From: a virus
Lineage: Duplodnaviria > Caudoviricetes
IMG/VR virus record: IMGVR_UViG_3300032307_000479
Coordinates: 1-32,029 of that record
Reading direction: 5' to 3' (one strand)
Length of the DNA: 32,029 nucleotides
Shown here: positions 1-9,319 of the stretch, piece after piece
Layout of the letters: every line of letters begins with the position of its first letter
How positions within the stretch are numbered: the first letter of the stretch is position 1
Notes under the pieces: model-generated
What the model was told of the DNA's origin: nothing
Seen by the model: only the letters and a program-made list of their open reading frames with translations
The model's database searches: none
Made by a program: the position numbers and the translations under genes

Positions 1-10
1 GGCGCGACCC
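1..10 (+). other. left genome end / putative cos (cohesive end) site
   Basis: Positions 1-8 (GGCGCGAC) equal the last 8 nt of the window. The joined ends give GGGCGCGACCC, similar to lambda cosN GGGCGGCGACCT, just upstream of TerS and a GpA-type TerL. Confidence 0.65.
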
Positions 11-93
11 CGGAAAAAAGTGACAGAAAAACGCAGTTTTCTAGCGGGGAAAGGGTATTCCCGCCAAGCGGCCAAAACTAAATGATTTTTTAA

Positions 94-774
94 ATGACGG
101 ACCGCCCAAAACTTTCAAATAAACAGATTGCCGATCATTTCGGGTTTACGACCGCAAGGGCGGCGGCGCTCATTCGCCAGGGTATGCCGGTGGATTCCCT
201 GGAGGCCGCCGAATCCTGGAGGCACGCCAGATTACTCCGCGGCCAACGCGGCGGCGTCGAGCAGCGGGCGGCAATCGTCGTAAACCCGGACGACGTCTCG
301 CCCGATCTGGATTTCGAGGATACGGTCGTTAGACACCGCGAGCTTAAGGAGGCGGCCCGACAAGCTTACATTGCGGCCCGCAACGCCGGGGATACCCAAG
401 CGCCCAAGCTATATACGACGTACCAGTCCATCGTCCAAAGCCTGGTAAAGCTGGAACGGGAATCCCTGGCCCGTAAGATCGAATCCAAGGAGCTGATTAA
501 GACGGCGGCAGCAATCGAGCGATTTGGCCGGGTTATCGCCGAGATTAAGGCCGATATGCTGGCATTCGCTAACGCGGTCGCCAATCAGGTTAACCCGGAT
601 AACCAGGGTAAGGCGTATAAGGTTATCGACGAAAAGGTTAATAGCTTATTGGCGAAATGGGCCAATAGCGCCGAGACGGTGATCGAGGAAACCCTGGAGG
701 CCCAGGTTAGCGGGGAACGCCCCGATTTCGACAATATGCCAATCGAGGAGGAAATGCCCCCGAATGAGGGTTAA
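94..774 (+). CDS. terminase small subunit (Nu1-like)
   Basis: N-terminal HTH (LSNKQIADHFGFTTARAAALIRQGMP) followed by a helical region (KLERESLARKIESKELI); overlaps the start of TerL. Confidence 0.8.
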   Translation: MTDRPKLSNKQIADHFGFTTARAAALIRQGMPVDSLEAAESWRHARLLRGQRGGVEQRAAIVVNPDDVSPDLDFEDTVVRHRELKEAARQAYIAARNAGDTQAPKLYTTYQSIVQSLVKLERESLARKIESKELIKTAAAIERFGRVIAEIKADMLAFANAVANQVNPDNQGKAYKVIDEKVNSLLAKWANSAETVIEETLEAQVSGERPDFDNMPIEEEMPPNEG

Positions 775-2596
775 CGGTTTCGAGAGGGATTTACGTCGTA
801 TCCTGGCCCCGAACCCCTACCGGCGTCCGGTGGATTTCCTGGAGCAATTCCTTACCCGGATTCCCTATTCGGCCCGCGGTAATGGCGGGGGTTTCTCAAT
901 CTCGTCCGCGCCTTGGCTGCGGGAACCCCTGGAGGCCATATTCGACCCGGAGGTCCAGGAGATCGGCGTCCAGGCCGCGGTCCAGCTAGGCAAATCCCTT
1001 TTGATTGAGGGGGCGTCCTGCATTATCCCAGTAAACGATCCGGGGCCGACCCTTATCCTTACGGATATCGACCGTAACGCTAAAGATTACCTGGAATCCC
1101 GCCTAACCAGGGTATGGAACGTATGCGAACCGACGCGGGCGCAGCTTCCCGCCGGTATCCCCAAGGAGGGGGTTATTAACTTTGCGTCGAACCCCTGCTG
1201 GGTCCTGGGGGCCAAAAACGATTCCAATTTGCACGGGCGCTCAATCCGATACCTATTCGGCGACGAGGTATGGCGATGGGACGCCGGGGCCTTGGCGAGG
1301 GCCGAGCGCCGCGTATCGGCGAATAAGGCCCGGAGTAAGGTCGTATTCGTTTCCCAAGCCGGACTAGACGGAGGGGAATGGGCATTTTGGTGGTCCGGAA
1401 CCGATCAACGGGTTTGGACCTGGGTATGCCCAAGCTGCGGGACGGCGCAGGGATACGAATGGGACCAGGTTATTTTCCCCAAGGAGGCCAAGAAATCGAC
1501 GGGTTGGGACCTTAACGCGGTAAAGAAGGGGACGACGTACCAATGCAAGGGTTGCAAGGTCCATTTCCCCGACCGGGTTTCGGTCCGTACCGATCTTAAC
1601 TTAACCGGCCGATACGTCGCCCAAAACCCCGACGCCTCCCGCCGCGGTTACCATTGGAACGCCCTATGCGCCCAGGAGCTTGGTTTATCCTGGGGCGAGC
1701 TGGCGGTCGAATGTATCGAGAGTAAACGCCATTATTCCGAGAATGGGGATAACAGTAAACGCCGGGATTTCCTTATGCAGCGCCTGGCCCGGACGTATAA
1801 GGAGGAGGCCGACGAAATCCAGATCGGGGCCGCGGAGGGTAAGTATCAGCTCGGCGACGCCTGGGACGACGAGGGCGGGTTCGTTATGGGTAAGCCGCGG
1901 GTCGCCAAGGACATTACAAGCGATATGCGGGCCGCGCCGGATTTCGTTAAAATGCGGTTTATGGGTATCGATTTCCAGCAATCGGGCTTTTATTGGGTCG
2001 TGCGATCTTTCTCCGGGGACGGTCGATCCCGTTTGGTTGGCTGCGGGTTTACTTTAACCCTGGGGGAGCTGGTGGATATCTCCAAAAAGAATGAGGTCCA
2101 TCCTGCTAATGTATTCCTGGATTCGGGTTATAAGCCCGACGACGCCCTTATGGCGTGCGCCGCGCACGGTTGGACGGCGACCCGCGGGGACCAACGTAAC
2201 GAATTCCCTTGGAAAATCCGTACGCCGATGGGGAATAAGGTCGAAATGCGGGCGTATTCGACGCCGGTGGTCGAGGCCGTCGGGCAAAAACGGTGCAAAC
2301 GGTTTTATTTCTCCAATCTGCGGACCAAGGATACCCTTTCGCTGCTTATCCGTAAGGGGTTGAATACCTATGCGTCGGACGCCCCGGACGAATACCTTAA
2401 GCAAATGCAATCCGAGCGCCGCGAGGTTAAGACGGGGGGACGACCGTTATGGGAACAGATCGACCGGAGGCCGAATCATTTTTGGGATTGTGAGGTAATC
2501 ATTACCTTGCCCGCAATGGCCTGGAGGTTGATTGGCAAGGCGGCGCAGCTGGCCGAGGAACCGACGCCGGAGGCCGAGGAGGCCCAAGAGGGTTAA
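764..2596 (+). CDS. terminase large subunit, lambda GpA family
   Basis: Walker A-like AAVQLGKS, Walker B YLFGDEV, Zn-ribbon CPSC...CKGC, nuclease motifs GIDFQ and NHFWDC. Confidence 0.95.
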   Translation: MRVNGFERDLRRILAPNPYRRPVDFLEQFLTRIPYSARGNGGGFSISSAPWLREPLEAIFDPEVQEIGVQAAVQLGKSLLIEGASCIIPVNDPGPTLILTDIDRNAKDYLESRLTRVWNVCEPTRAQLPAGIPKEGVINFASNPCWVLGAKNDSNLHGRSIRYLFGDEVWRWDAGALARAERRVSANKARSKVVFVSQAGLDGGEWAFWWSGTDQRVWTWVCPSCGTAQGYEWDQVIFPKEAKKSTGWDLNAVKKGTTYQCKGCKVHFPDRVSVRTDLNLTGRYVAQNPDASRRGYHWNALCAQELGLSWGELAVECIESKRHYSENGDNSKRRDFLMQRLARTYKEEADEIQIGAAEGKYQLGDAWDDEGGFVMGKPRVAKDITSDMRAAPDFVKMRFMGIDFQQSGFYWVVRSFSGDGRSRLVGCGFTLTLGELVDISKKNEVHPANVFLDSGYKPDDALMACAAHGWTATRGDQRNEFPWKIRTPMGNKVEMRAYSTPVVEAVGQKRCKRFYFSNLRTKDTLSLLIRKGLNTYASDAPDEYLKQMQSERREVKTGGRPLWEQIDRRPNHFWDCEVIITLPAMAWRLIGKAAQLAEEPTPEAEEAQEG

Positions 2597-2624
2597 TACC
2601 GTGGACATTTTGGCCCTAGGCGGG

Positions 2625-2653
2625 TTGACAGATTGCAGAAACGAGGCAAATTT
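2625..2653 (+). promoter_or_regulatory. possible sigma70-type promoter
   Basis: Perfect TTGACA at 2625-2630 in the terL-gpW gap; the -10 is weak (CAAATT/AAATTT at 16-17 nt spacing). Confidence 0.35.
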
Positions 2654-2696
2654 GGATTGCGCCTCTACCGTTCGGGCTTGTTCGCGGGGGTGGCAT

Positions 2697-2738
2697 CGGT
2701 CCTCGTATCGCATAGGGTACGAGGATCGCCCGTTTTTT
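2697..2738 (+). terminator. intrinsic terminator-like hairpin
   Basis: 12-bp stem CGGTCCTCGTAT/GTACGAGGATCG (two G-U pairs) followed by CCCG and T6. Confidence 0.55.
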
Positions 2739-2751
2739 GACTCCCGCGTTG
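2737..2751 (+). promoter_or_regulatory. conserved 15-mer TTGACTCCCGCGTTG, putative late promoter (copy 1)
   Basis: Exact copy; 4 nt before the ATG at 2756. Confidence 0.75.
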
Positions 2752-2755
2752 GCAT

Positions 2756-3022
2756 ATGGCACGTCCGACGGGTTGTTTCCTTATTCTTTCCCAGGCTCGA
2801 ATCGAGGCCCTGGTCGAAAAGGCATACGAAAACCTGGCATCGGGCCGCGTCCTAATGAGCTATTCCGACTCCGGGACGTCCGTAAGCAAGGATTGGCCGA
2901 TGACGGTCGAGCAAGTCTTGGTCGAATGCCGCTACGCCCTCCAAATCAAGGACCCCCAACAGTATGGGGGTATCGACCGCGTCCGCGTCTATAACGGCCT
3001 TTGGAATTTCCGGGGCCTTTAA
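2756..3022 (+). CDS. head-tail joining protein (gpW-like position and size)
   Basis: 88 aa between TerL and portal; helix / beta-hairpin (VLMSYSDSGTSVSK) / helix pattern like lambda gpW. Confidence 0.65.
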   Translation: MARPTGCFLILSQARIEALVEKAYENLASGRVLMSYSDSGTSVSKDWPMTVEQVLVECRYALQIKDPQQYGGIDRVRVYNGLWNFRGL

Positions 3023-3030
3023 TTTGATCT

Positions 3031-4617
3031 ATGGCCCCCCAAAAGCAGGAATCCCTAAAGAAAAAGGTCCGCAAGGCGGTCCGCGACGTTAAGGAGCTTG
3101 CCAAGCGCAAGGGCCTAAAGGCCAAGGCGTTTTCCGGCGGCGGCGGGGGATCGGGCATTTTTTCCCAGTTTGAGGGGGCCAAGTATAGCAATAAGCGCCA
3201 ATGGGTTAATACTCCCTGGCCCGCCGACCAGAAGCGGGTAATGACGACGTTCGACCGCCAGGAGCTAACGCGGAAAATGCGTTGGTTGGCGGTTAACGCG
3301 GGGTTGGTCCGGCAGCTTATCGCCGATATGGCGATGTATTCGGTCGGTCCTGGTATCCGCGCCCAGGCCGCAACCGGCGACGCCAAGATCGACGAGCTTT
3401 ACGACGCCTATTTTTTCGATTGGGCAAACAAACCTTGCGAGATCACCGGGCGCTTTAACTTTTGGGAAGCTCAAACGCTAATGTCCCGCCGGGTCGATAT
3501 CGACGGCGAGATTTTCGTCCTTAAAACGTACAGCTCGTCCGGCGCTCCCCTTATCCAGCTTATCGAATCCCACCGCGTCGGGGCCTCCTCGACGGCCCAG
3601 GGCCAGGTAGACGGGGTTTACGACGGTATCATTTTCAATAAATTTGGGGCCGTGGTCGGGTATAATGTCATTCGATCCGATGGTACGAACCGCAATGTTT
3701 CGGCCAATTCTATCCTCCACGTCTACCACCCGGAAAGCGCCTCCGGCGCACGGGCATACAGTCCGCTGCAACATTCGATCAATAATTTGATCGATATCCT
3801 GGAGGTCCTATCCCTCGAAAAGGTTGCGATGAAGGTCCAGGCCGACGTCGTACGCACGATTACCCGCGAAAATCCGCAATTCGACGGGTCCTCCGCGGAT
3901 TTCGAGGCGTTCGGTATGCGTCCCCAGGATTACCCTAACCAGGTTTACCAAAACCCGGAGGAGGTCGGCGCATTTATTGGCGGTAAAACCGTCGCTTTGG
4001 CCCCCGGCGAGGACCTTAAAATGGTCGAATCAAACCGCCCTGGCCCGAATACGGTGGCGGCGATTGAATATTTGGAGAAGGATAGCTGCGCCGGTTTCCT
4101 CCCTTGGGCCTTTTCGGGCGATCCCACTAAATCGGGCGGCAGCGCAACCCGCCTGGTTGTCGCTAAAACCGAGCGCACGGTAAATTCCCGCCAGGATATG
4201 CTTATCCATAGGGCGCTTAACCCGATCTATGGCTACGTTATCGGTACGGCCATTGCCCGCGGCGAGCTTCCGGCGAATGATAATTGGACAAAGGTTAACT
4301 GGGTAACGCCCCGCCGTATCTCGGTGGACGCGGGCCGCGAGGCCGCCGCCAACCTGGCCGACATTACGACCGGCCTTAAGACCCTCTCGGACCATTACGC
4401 CGAGCTTGGTATGGATTACCGCCAGGAGGTCCGACGCCGAGCTGCCGACGCCAAGCTTATTAACGATACCGCGGACGAATTCGGCGTACCTCCGTCGTCG
4501 ATCTTTGCCCCGGCCAATACTCCCCTTGCCGACATTAACCAGGCCGCCGCCTCCGGTGGCAAACCTGGTCCCGGCGCAACCGATTTCCAACCCCTTTTCG
4601 AGGGCGAACCCTCTTAA
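3031..4617 (+). CDS. portal protein, lambda family
   Basis: 528 aa; motifs RWLAVNAGLV, VGPGIR, DIDGEIF, IQLIESHRV, W..P....VDAGREA; synteny. Confidence 0.93.
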   Translation: MAPQKQESLKKKVRKAVRDVKELAKRKGLKAKAFSGGGGGSGIFSQFEGAKYSNKRQWVNTPWPADQKRVMTTFDRQELTRKMRWLAVNAGLVRQLIADMAMYSVGPGIRAQAATGDAKIDELYDAYFFDWANKPCEITGRFNFWEAQTLMSRRVDIDGEIFVLKTYSSSGAPLIQLIESHRVGASSTAQGQVDGVYDGIIFNKFGAVVGYNVIRSDGTNRNVSANSILHVYHPESASGARAYSPLQHSINNLIDILEVLSLEKVAMKVQADVVRTITRENPQFDGSSADFEAFGMRPQDYPNQVYQNPEEVGAFIGGKTVALAPGEDLKMVESNRPGPNTVAAIEYLEKDSCAGFLPWAFSGDPTKSGGSATRLVVAKTERTVNSRQDMLIHRALNPIYGYVIGTAIARGELPANDNWTKVNWVTPRRISVDAGREAAANLADITTGLKTLSDHYAELGMDYRQEVRRRAADAKLINDTADEFGVPPSSIFAPANTPLADINQAAASGGKPGPGATDFQPLFEGEPS

Positions 4618-4628
4618 TCCCTACTTTT

Positions 4629-6053
4629 ATGCGTAATCTCTCAAACGATATCCGGGCCAATCGCCCCGTCCTTATCCAACCGATTATCGCCAAGGCATTC
4701 CTTGAGCGCTGCGCCGATATTAAGCTCCCCCTGGGGGCCAAGGCGTCGGATATGTCGGATATGCTGGCCGCGATTTTCGGCGCTAAATCGGCGCTGGAGA
4801 AATTCCCGCCCTTTGCAATCGTCCCGATCAAGGGCGTAATCGGTCGCAACCTTTCCGACCTGGAGGCCGCTTGCGGCGCTTGCGATCTGGAGGCCGTCGA
4901 GGAAATGTTGGAGGACGCGGAACGGGACCCCTCAATTACGACCATTATCCTGGACGTCGATTCCCCCGGCGGGTCCGCGGTCGGCGTGCCGGAGCTTGCC
5001 AAACGGGTCCGCGAATGCGGTAAGCGCACGGTTTCCTTTACCTCCGGCGATTGCTGCTCGGCGGCCTACTGGATTGCTTCCCAGGCGTCGGAATTCTACG
5101 CAACCCCCTCGTCCACCGTGGCAAACGTCGGTTGTTATATCGTCTTTAACGATATGTCGGCGGCCTATGCCCAGGAGGGCGTCGCAGTTGACGTTATCCG
5201 ATCCGGCAACCTGAAGGGCGCAGGAACGCCGGGGACCTCGCTATCCAAGGAGCAGCGGGACGATCTCCTGGCCGGTGTCCTTGAGATCGCCGCCAATTTC
5301 AAGGCCGACGTTAAGCTGGTCCGCGAATTCGTCCAGGACGCGGATATGGAGGGCCAATGTTTCTCCGGGGCCAAGGCCGCCGAAAAGGGGTTCGTTACCG
5401 CCCTAACCAACGGGTTCGACGAGCTTATGCAAAGCCTGGACGCCGAGGTTGCGGCGCAGATCGAGGCCAACGAGGCAAACGACGCCCGCGCCAATGTCGG
5501 CGGCGAGGCCGAGGAATCCGACGAGGAGGAGGGTATGGGCCGTATGGCTGCCGCCCGCGCCCTCAAGGGTATCCCTGGCGGTATCCGCGCCCTTATGGCA
5601 AAGGCCGAGAAATCCCCGGACGAGGAGGAGAAGGACGGTTCCGAACCGATGCCCAAGAAGGGAAAGAAGTACGGTAAGGCCAATTCCGACGAGGAGGACG
5701 ACGAGGACGAAACCCCGTCCGATCCCATTACCGACGACGACCAGGATAAGGATAAGCCCGAATCCGAGGAGGATAAGGACGAACCCAAGGCCGAGGACGA
5801 GGAGGAGGATGCCGACCAGCAACCCGAATCCGAGGACGAGGAAAAGGAACCCAAGGCCGAGGATAAGGACGAGGAAAAGCCCGAATCCGAGGACGAGGAC
5901 GATAAGGAACCCAAGGCCGAGGACCAGGATAAGGACGACGCCGACGCCAAGGAAAAGGCCGAGGAGGAATCCGACACCGGCGATAAGGCCGTCGAAACCG
6001 ACGAGGAACCGGAAAAGAAGGGCGTCCGCAACCGATCCCGCGGCCTCGCTTGA
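4629..6053 (+). CDS. prohead protease, S49 (SppA/lambda gpC-like), with acidic low-complexity C-terminal extension
   Basis: LDVDSPGGS, CCSAAYWIASQA and VANVGCY motifs; the last ~170 aa are D/E/K-rich repeats. Confidence 0.9.
   Translation: MRNLSNDIRANRPVLIQPIIAKAFLERCADIKLPLGAKASDMSDMLAAIFGAKSALEKFPPFAIVPIKGVIGRNLSDLEAACGACDLEAVEEMLEDAERDPSITTIILDVDSPGGSAVGVPELAKRVRECGKRTVSFTSGDCCSAAYWIASQASEFYATPSSTVANVGCYIVFNDMSAAYAQEGVAVDVIRSGNLKGAGTPGTSLSKEQRDDLLAGVLEIAANFKADVKLVREFVQDADMEGQCFSGAKAAEKGFVTALTNGFDELMQSLDAEVAAQIEANEANDARANVGGEAEESDEEEGMGRMAAARALKGIPGGIRALMAKAEKSPDEEEKDGSEPMPKKGKKYGKANSDEEDDEDETPSDPITDDDQDKDKPESEEDKDEPKAEDEEEDADQQPESEDEEKEPKAEDKDEEKPESEDEDDKEPKAEDQDKDDADAKEKAEEESDTGDKAVETDEEPEKKGVRNRSRGLA
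5750..5975 (+). repeat. imperfect tandem coding repeats (KPESEDE / EPKAED units)
   Basis: Recurring CCCGAATCCGAGGA and GAACCCAAGGCCGAGGA units inside the protease tail. Confidence 0.7.
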
Positions 6054-6064
6054 CTCCCGCGTTG
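6050..6064 (+). promoter_or_regulatory. conserved 15-mer TTGACTCCCGCGTTG (copy 2)
   Basis: Exact copy overlapping the protease TGA stop; A at 6069, ATG at 6082. Confidence 0.75.
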
Positions 6065-6081
6065 GTCTAATTCGTAACCGT

Positions 6082-6543
6082 ATGACCCTTGAACAATCCC
6101 TTAAGGCCCTAAAGGCCGCATTCGGCGCTAAATCTACCGAGGCCGAATCCGCGTCCAAGGAGCTTTCGGCGTCCAAGGCCAAGGTCGCCGCCCAGGCTGC
6201 GGAAATTTCCGATCTCTCGGAAAAGCTCGCCGCCGTTGCCGGTGTCGTCGCCGAAAAGGAATCCCTGGCCGCCAAGGTCGAGGAGCTTACCAAGGCGCTT
6301 GCCGCCGCTAACGAGCTTAAGGCCCAGGCCGCCGCGCAGATCGAGACGGTTGGCAAGGTCGCCGCCAAGATCGCCTCGTCGGTCGGCGTTGCCCCCGCAG
6401 AAATCTCCCCGGCCGATAACGTCGTCGCCAAGAGTAACGACGAAATTTGGTCCGAATATTGCGGCATTTCCAATCCCTCCGAAAAGGTCGCTTTTTACAA
6501 TAAGCACCGCGCCGCGATTGTCGCCCATCTAGGCATTAAATAA
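6082..6543 (+). CDS. capsid scaffolding-like coiled-coil protein
   Basis: Likely start is ATG 6082 (MTLEQSLKALK...), 153 aa, Ala/Lys/Glu coiled coil, directly before the major capsid gene. Confidence 0.7.
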   Translation: MTLEQSLKALKAAFGAKSTEAESASKELSASKAKVAAQAAEISDLSEKLAAVAGVVAEKESLAAKVEELTKALAAANELKAQAAAQIETVGKVAAKIASSVGVAPAEISPADNVVAKSNDEIWSEYCGISNPSEKVAFYNKHRAAIVAHLGIK

Positions 6544-6576
6544 CCCCCTTTCCCCCTAATCTCACCCTAAACTAAT

Positions 6577-7494
6577 ATGTCCAACTCCGTCCTTAATCAG
6601 GGTTTGGCCCCCCAGTTCGTCGCCGCCGAAACGCTGCGTACCCTGGTCCCGGTCCTCGCCCCCCTCAATAAGATCGTCACGACCGATTTCAGCGCCTACG
6701 TCGCCGAAAAGGGCCAGGTCGTCCATACCCGTTACGCCGACGCCTTTACGGCCTCGACGTACGACCGCGCTACCGGTTTCGTCGCCGAGGACGCCGTCTC
6801 TAACGACGTTGCGATCACTCTCTCGGACCATAACTACGTTATGACGTCCTTCACCGATACCGAGGTCGCCACGATCTCCCTCGATATGCTGCGCCGCGTC
6901 TTTATCGCCCCGATGGCTAACGCCACGGTTACCAGTATTTTCGACGGCGTTATCGGCCAGACCACCGCGGCCGCCTACCCTGGCACGCCCTTCTATTCCG
7001 GTACCAAGGCCAATTTCAACCGCCTCGCCGTTGCCGGTGGCGCTACCAATATGACCAAGGCGAACCTTCCGTTTAACGACCGTTCGCTCCTCCTCACCCC
7101 CGACGCTTTCGGCCAGCTCCTCCAGGACCCGTCCGTTGCCCAGTATCTCTCTATCGGTGATACCTCGGTTATCCGCGACGGTAAGGTCGGTCGCCTCCAC
7201 GGTATCGACATTTACGAGGTTAACACCTGGAGCGCTGCTCCTGCTGGCGAACACCTTAACGGTATCGCCTCCTGCCGCGAGGGCCACGTTATCGTTACCC
7301 GCGTCCCGGCCGCCCCGACGACCGGCGGTGGCGAACAGCTCACCGTCCAGGACCCGGATTCCGGTTTCGCCTTCTCCCTGCGTAGCTGGTACGATTGGAC
7401 CAAGGGCCTGTCGAATATCTCGGCCTCCTGGATTATCGGCCAGTCCGTTGGTAACCCCAACGCCGCCCTCCGCGTCGTTATCTCGGACCTCTAA
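6577..7494 (+). CDS. major capsid protein (HK97 fold, P22-coat-like)
   Basis: 305 aa; KGQVVH, R.LLLTPD and GKVGRLHGIDIYE motifs; strongly biased codon usage; followed by a strong terminator. Confidence 0.88.
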   Translation: MSNSVLNQGLAPQFVAAETLRTLVPVLAPLNKIVTTDFSAYVAEKGQVVHTRYADAFTASTYDRATGFVAEDAVSNDVAITLSDHNYVMTSFTDTEVATISLDMLRRVFIAPMANATVTSIFDGVIGQTTAAAYPGTPFYSGTKANFNRLAVAGGATNMTKANLPFNDRSLLLTPDAFGQLLQDPSVAQYLSIGDTSVIRDGKVGRLHGIDIYEVNTWSAAPAGEHLNGIASCREGHVIVTRVPAAPTTGGGEQLTVQDPDSGFAFSLRSWYDWTKGLSNISASWIIGQSVGNPNAALRVVISDL

Positions 7495-7517
7495 TCCTAA
7501 CGGGTTAGTCCGAAAGC

Positions 7518-7546
7518 AAGGCCCCCAATCGGGGGCCTTTTCTTTT
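7518..7546 (+). terminator. rho-independent terminator after the major capsid gene
   Basis: AAGGCCCCC-AATC-GGGGGCCTT followed by TTCTTTT. Confidence 0.9.
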
Positions 7547-7588
7547 GGGTAGGGCCGTAGACCCCTCCAGGCGGCCCGTAGCGGGCTT

Positions 7589-7603
7589 TTGACTCCCGCG
7601 TTG
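7589..7603 (+). promoter_or_regulatory. conserved 15-mer TTGACTCCCGCGTTG (copy 3)
   Basis: Exact copy; 4 nt before ATG 7608; preceded by hairpin GCCCG-TAG-CGGGC-TTTT. Confidence 0.75.
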
Positions 7604-7607
7604 CCAT

Positions 7608-7949
7608 ATGGGCCTTTACGACGCCGAATGGGCTGCCGACGCCGCCACGATCCTTGCGGAAATCCCCAAGGCCGTAACCGTTCGTCGCGGATCGGGCGCT
7701 CCAACCGCCTTTAACGTCCTAATGGGGCCGCCAATGGTCCAGCAAAACCTCGAAACCGGTGGTTTCCTTAATACCACGGCGTTCGACGTTAAGTTTTTAA
7801 AGGCCGACGCCGATCTCCATCCTGGGGTAATCGTATACGGTAACCTGGTGAATTATAACGGCCTTAATTACCGAATCGTCGCCATTAACGACCGTCCTCC
7901 GTCGGCCTGGGTTATCGTCCGCGTCGAGGGCGCAGCTGGTCCGGCATAA
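7608..7949 (+). CDS. head-tail joining / head closure protein (FII-like)
   Basis: 113 aa, beta-rich (YGNLVNYNGLNYRIVAI), first gene after the capsid gene. Confidence 0.6.
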   Translation: MGLYDAEWAADAATILAEIPKAVTVRRGSGAPTAFNVLMGPPMVQQNLETGGFLNTTAFDVKFLKADADLHPGVIVYGNLVNYNGLNYRIVAINDRPPSAWVIVRVEGAAGPA

Positions 7950-8845
7950 TGGCGACCACGGCCCGAAAAAACGTCCAGGTAGACGCCTCGGCGCTAATGG
8001 ACCATTTGCACGATTTTGCCTTGGTTATGGGCAAAAGCTTGGGCGAGGTCGTCCGCGACCAGGCGGCGCTATTCTGCCAGGATATGATCGCCTACTCCCG
8101 GCCCTTTTCCGGCAAAAAGCCCGGATCGGGGGCGACCGGCCAGGCCAAGACAACGGGTAACGATAACGTCAAAAATTCAATCCGTAAGATTTTCCGACCC
8201 GTCGATCTGGCGACCAAGGAGCAAATTGCCGCGGTCGGTAAGTACGAGGTTTTTAAAATGTGGACCAAGCGCAAGGGCGAGAGGGTCCAGGGGAAAGGTA
8301 AGGCCATTCGCTGGCAAGCTTTCCAACAGAAATACGGCGGCGGCCCTTCTATGGCGTTCGTCGATTCCGGCGACCTTTCGACCCTGGGGCGCATTCACCG
8401 ATCCCTGCGTACCGACAACGGACGCGGTTCCCTTTCGTCTACGGCCCGAAACGCATCGGAACCTTTTGCGATTGTCGCCAAGGATCGGGATATCGAGCGC
8501 TATATCCGGCAGCAGCAGAAAGACATTGGTACGCTAAAATCCGCGTATTACTTTGCCGGGGTCCAGATTAAGGGGAAAATCAAGGCCCCGGCCTGGGCGA
8601 AACAGGCGGGCGGGCGGGAAAATGCCATTGCCCAGGATAAGATCGGCCAACCTATGAAACCGGAGGTTACCATTGGTAACCTTATTGGCGGCAAGGCCGG
8701 TAACGATAAATTCGTTAAAATGGCGATTTCCCATCGGGCGTACGCTATGCGGGTTAAAATGGCCGCCGAGCTGAATAAGCAAAAGGTCCCCCTTTGGGTC
8801 GCCTCGGCCCGCGGCCAAACGGTCCGAACGGCCAAATATTTTTGA
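7949..8845 (+). CDS. putative neck / tail completion protein
   Basis: Basic 298 aa ORF between head closure and tail terminator; start overlaps the upstream stop (TAATG). Confidence 0.5.
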   Translation: MATTARKNVQVDASALMDHLHDFALVMGKSLGEVVRDQAALFCQDMIAYSRPFSGKKPGSGATGQAKTTGNDNVKNSIRKIFRPVDLATKEQIAAVGKYEVFKMWTKRKGERVQGKGKAIRWQAFQQKYGGGPSMAFVDSGDLSTLGRIHRSLRTDNGRGSLSSTARNASEPFAIVAKDRDIERYIRQQQKDIGTLKSAYYFAGVQIKGKIKAPAWAKQAGGRENAIAQDKIGQPMKPEVTIGNLIGGKAGNDKFVKMAISHRAYAMRVKMAAELNKQKVPLWVASARGQTVRTAKYF

Positions 8846-8849
8846 TCTT

Positions 8850-9287
8850 ATGCCTACCCTCTACGGAATCCGTACCATTGCCGAGCAATCGGCGCTTGCC
8901 TGGTTTACCCAAAACGCCGCGTACCTCCCTGGCGTCGAGCTGAATGCGGGCCAAACGGACGAAATCCGGTCCGTCCCGATTGTCATTTTGCACGCGGAAA
9001 GCGCCCGCGCTCACCCCGATCTTGGCGCTAACCCCCTGGGCAATTTCGAGATTACCCTTAAAATCTACGTCTATTCGTCCGCGGACGATTCGACATTGGC
9101 GCAGCACCGGGAACGGGTCGAGGCCGTCCAGGGGATTATGCAGGATGCCGACGGCCTTGCCGCAGCTTGGACCCAAGGGACCTTATACGCCTCTTGGGTC
9201 GTCTCGGACGACGAGGGGGTCGCAGATCGCCGGTACGGTAATATCGTCGAATATACCCTCGTCGCGGCCTATCCGGCCCAAACTTGA
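8850..9287 (+). CDS. putative tail terminator protein (gpU-like)
   Basis: 145 aa acidic alpha/beta protein immediately before the tail tube gene. Confidence 0.55.
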   Translation: MPTLYGIRTIAEQSALAWFTQNAAYLPGVELNAGQTDEIRSVPIVILHAESARAHPDLGANPLGNFEITLKIYVYSSADDSTLAQHRERVEAVQGIMQDADGLAAAWTQGTLYASWVVSDDEGVADRRYGNIVEYTLVAAYPAQT

Positions 9288-9298
9288 CTCCCGCGTTG
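9284..9298 (+). promoter_or_regulatory. conserved 15-mer TTGACTCCCGCGTTG (copy 4)
   Basis: Exact copy overlapping a TGA stop; A at 9303, ATG at 9320. Confidence 0.75.
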
Positions 9299-9319
9299 AT
9301 TCAATAACCGACCGACCTT

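Noticed and set aside
2737-2752. Resemblance of the 15-mer to a sigma54 promoter (TTGGCAC-N5-TTGC spacing)
   Set aside because: It lacks the invariant -24 GG, the -12 GC is present in only one copy, and the implied start would fall inside three of the downstream genes.
5449-6081. N-terminal 211 aa of ORF 5449-6543
   Set aside because: Arg/Pro/Thr-rich off-frame reading of the protease acidic repeats; the plausible start is ATG 6082, after the 15-mer.
5165-7704. Long minus-strand ORFs (5165-6031, 5403-6473, 6562-7704) and similar ones elsewhere
   Set aside because: Antisense shadows of well-supported + genes; low-complexity translations; scarcity of TCA on the + strand removes antisense stops.
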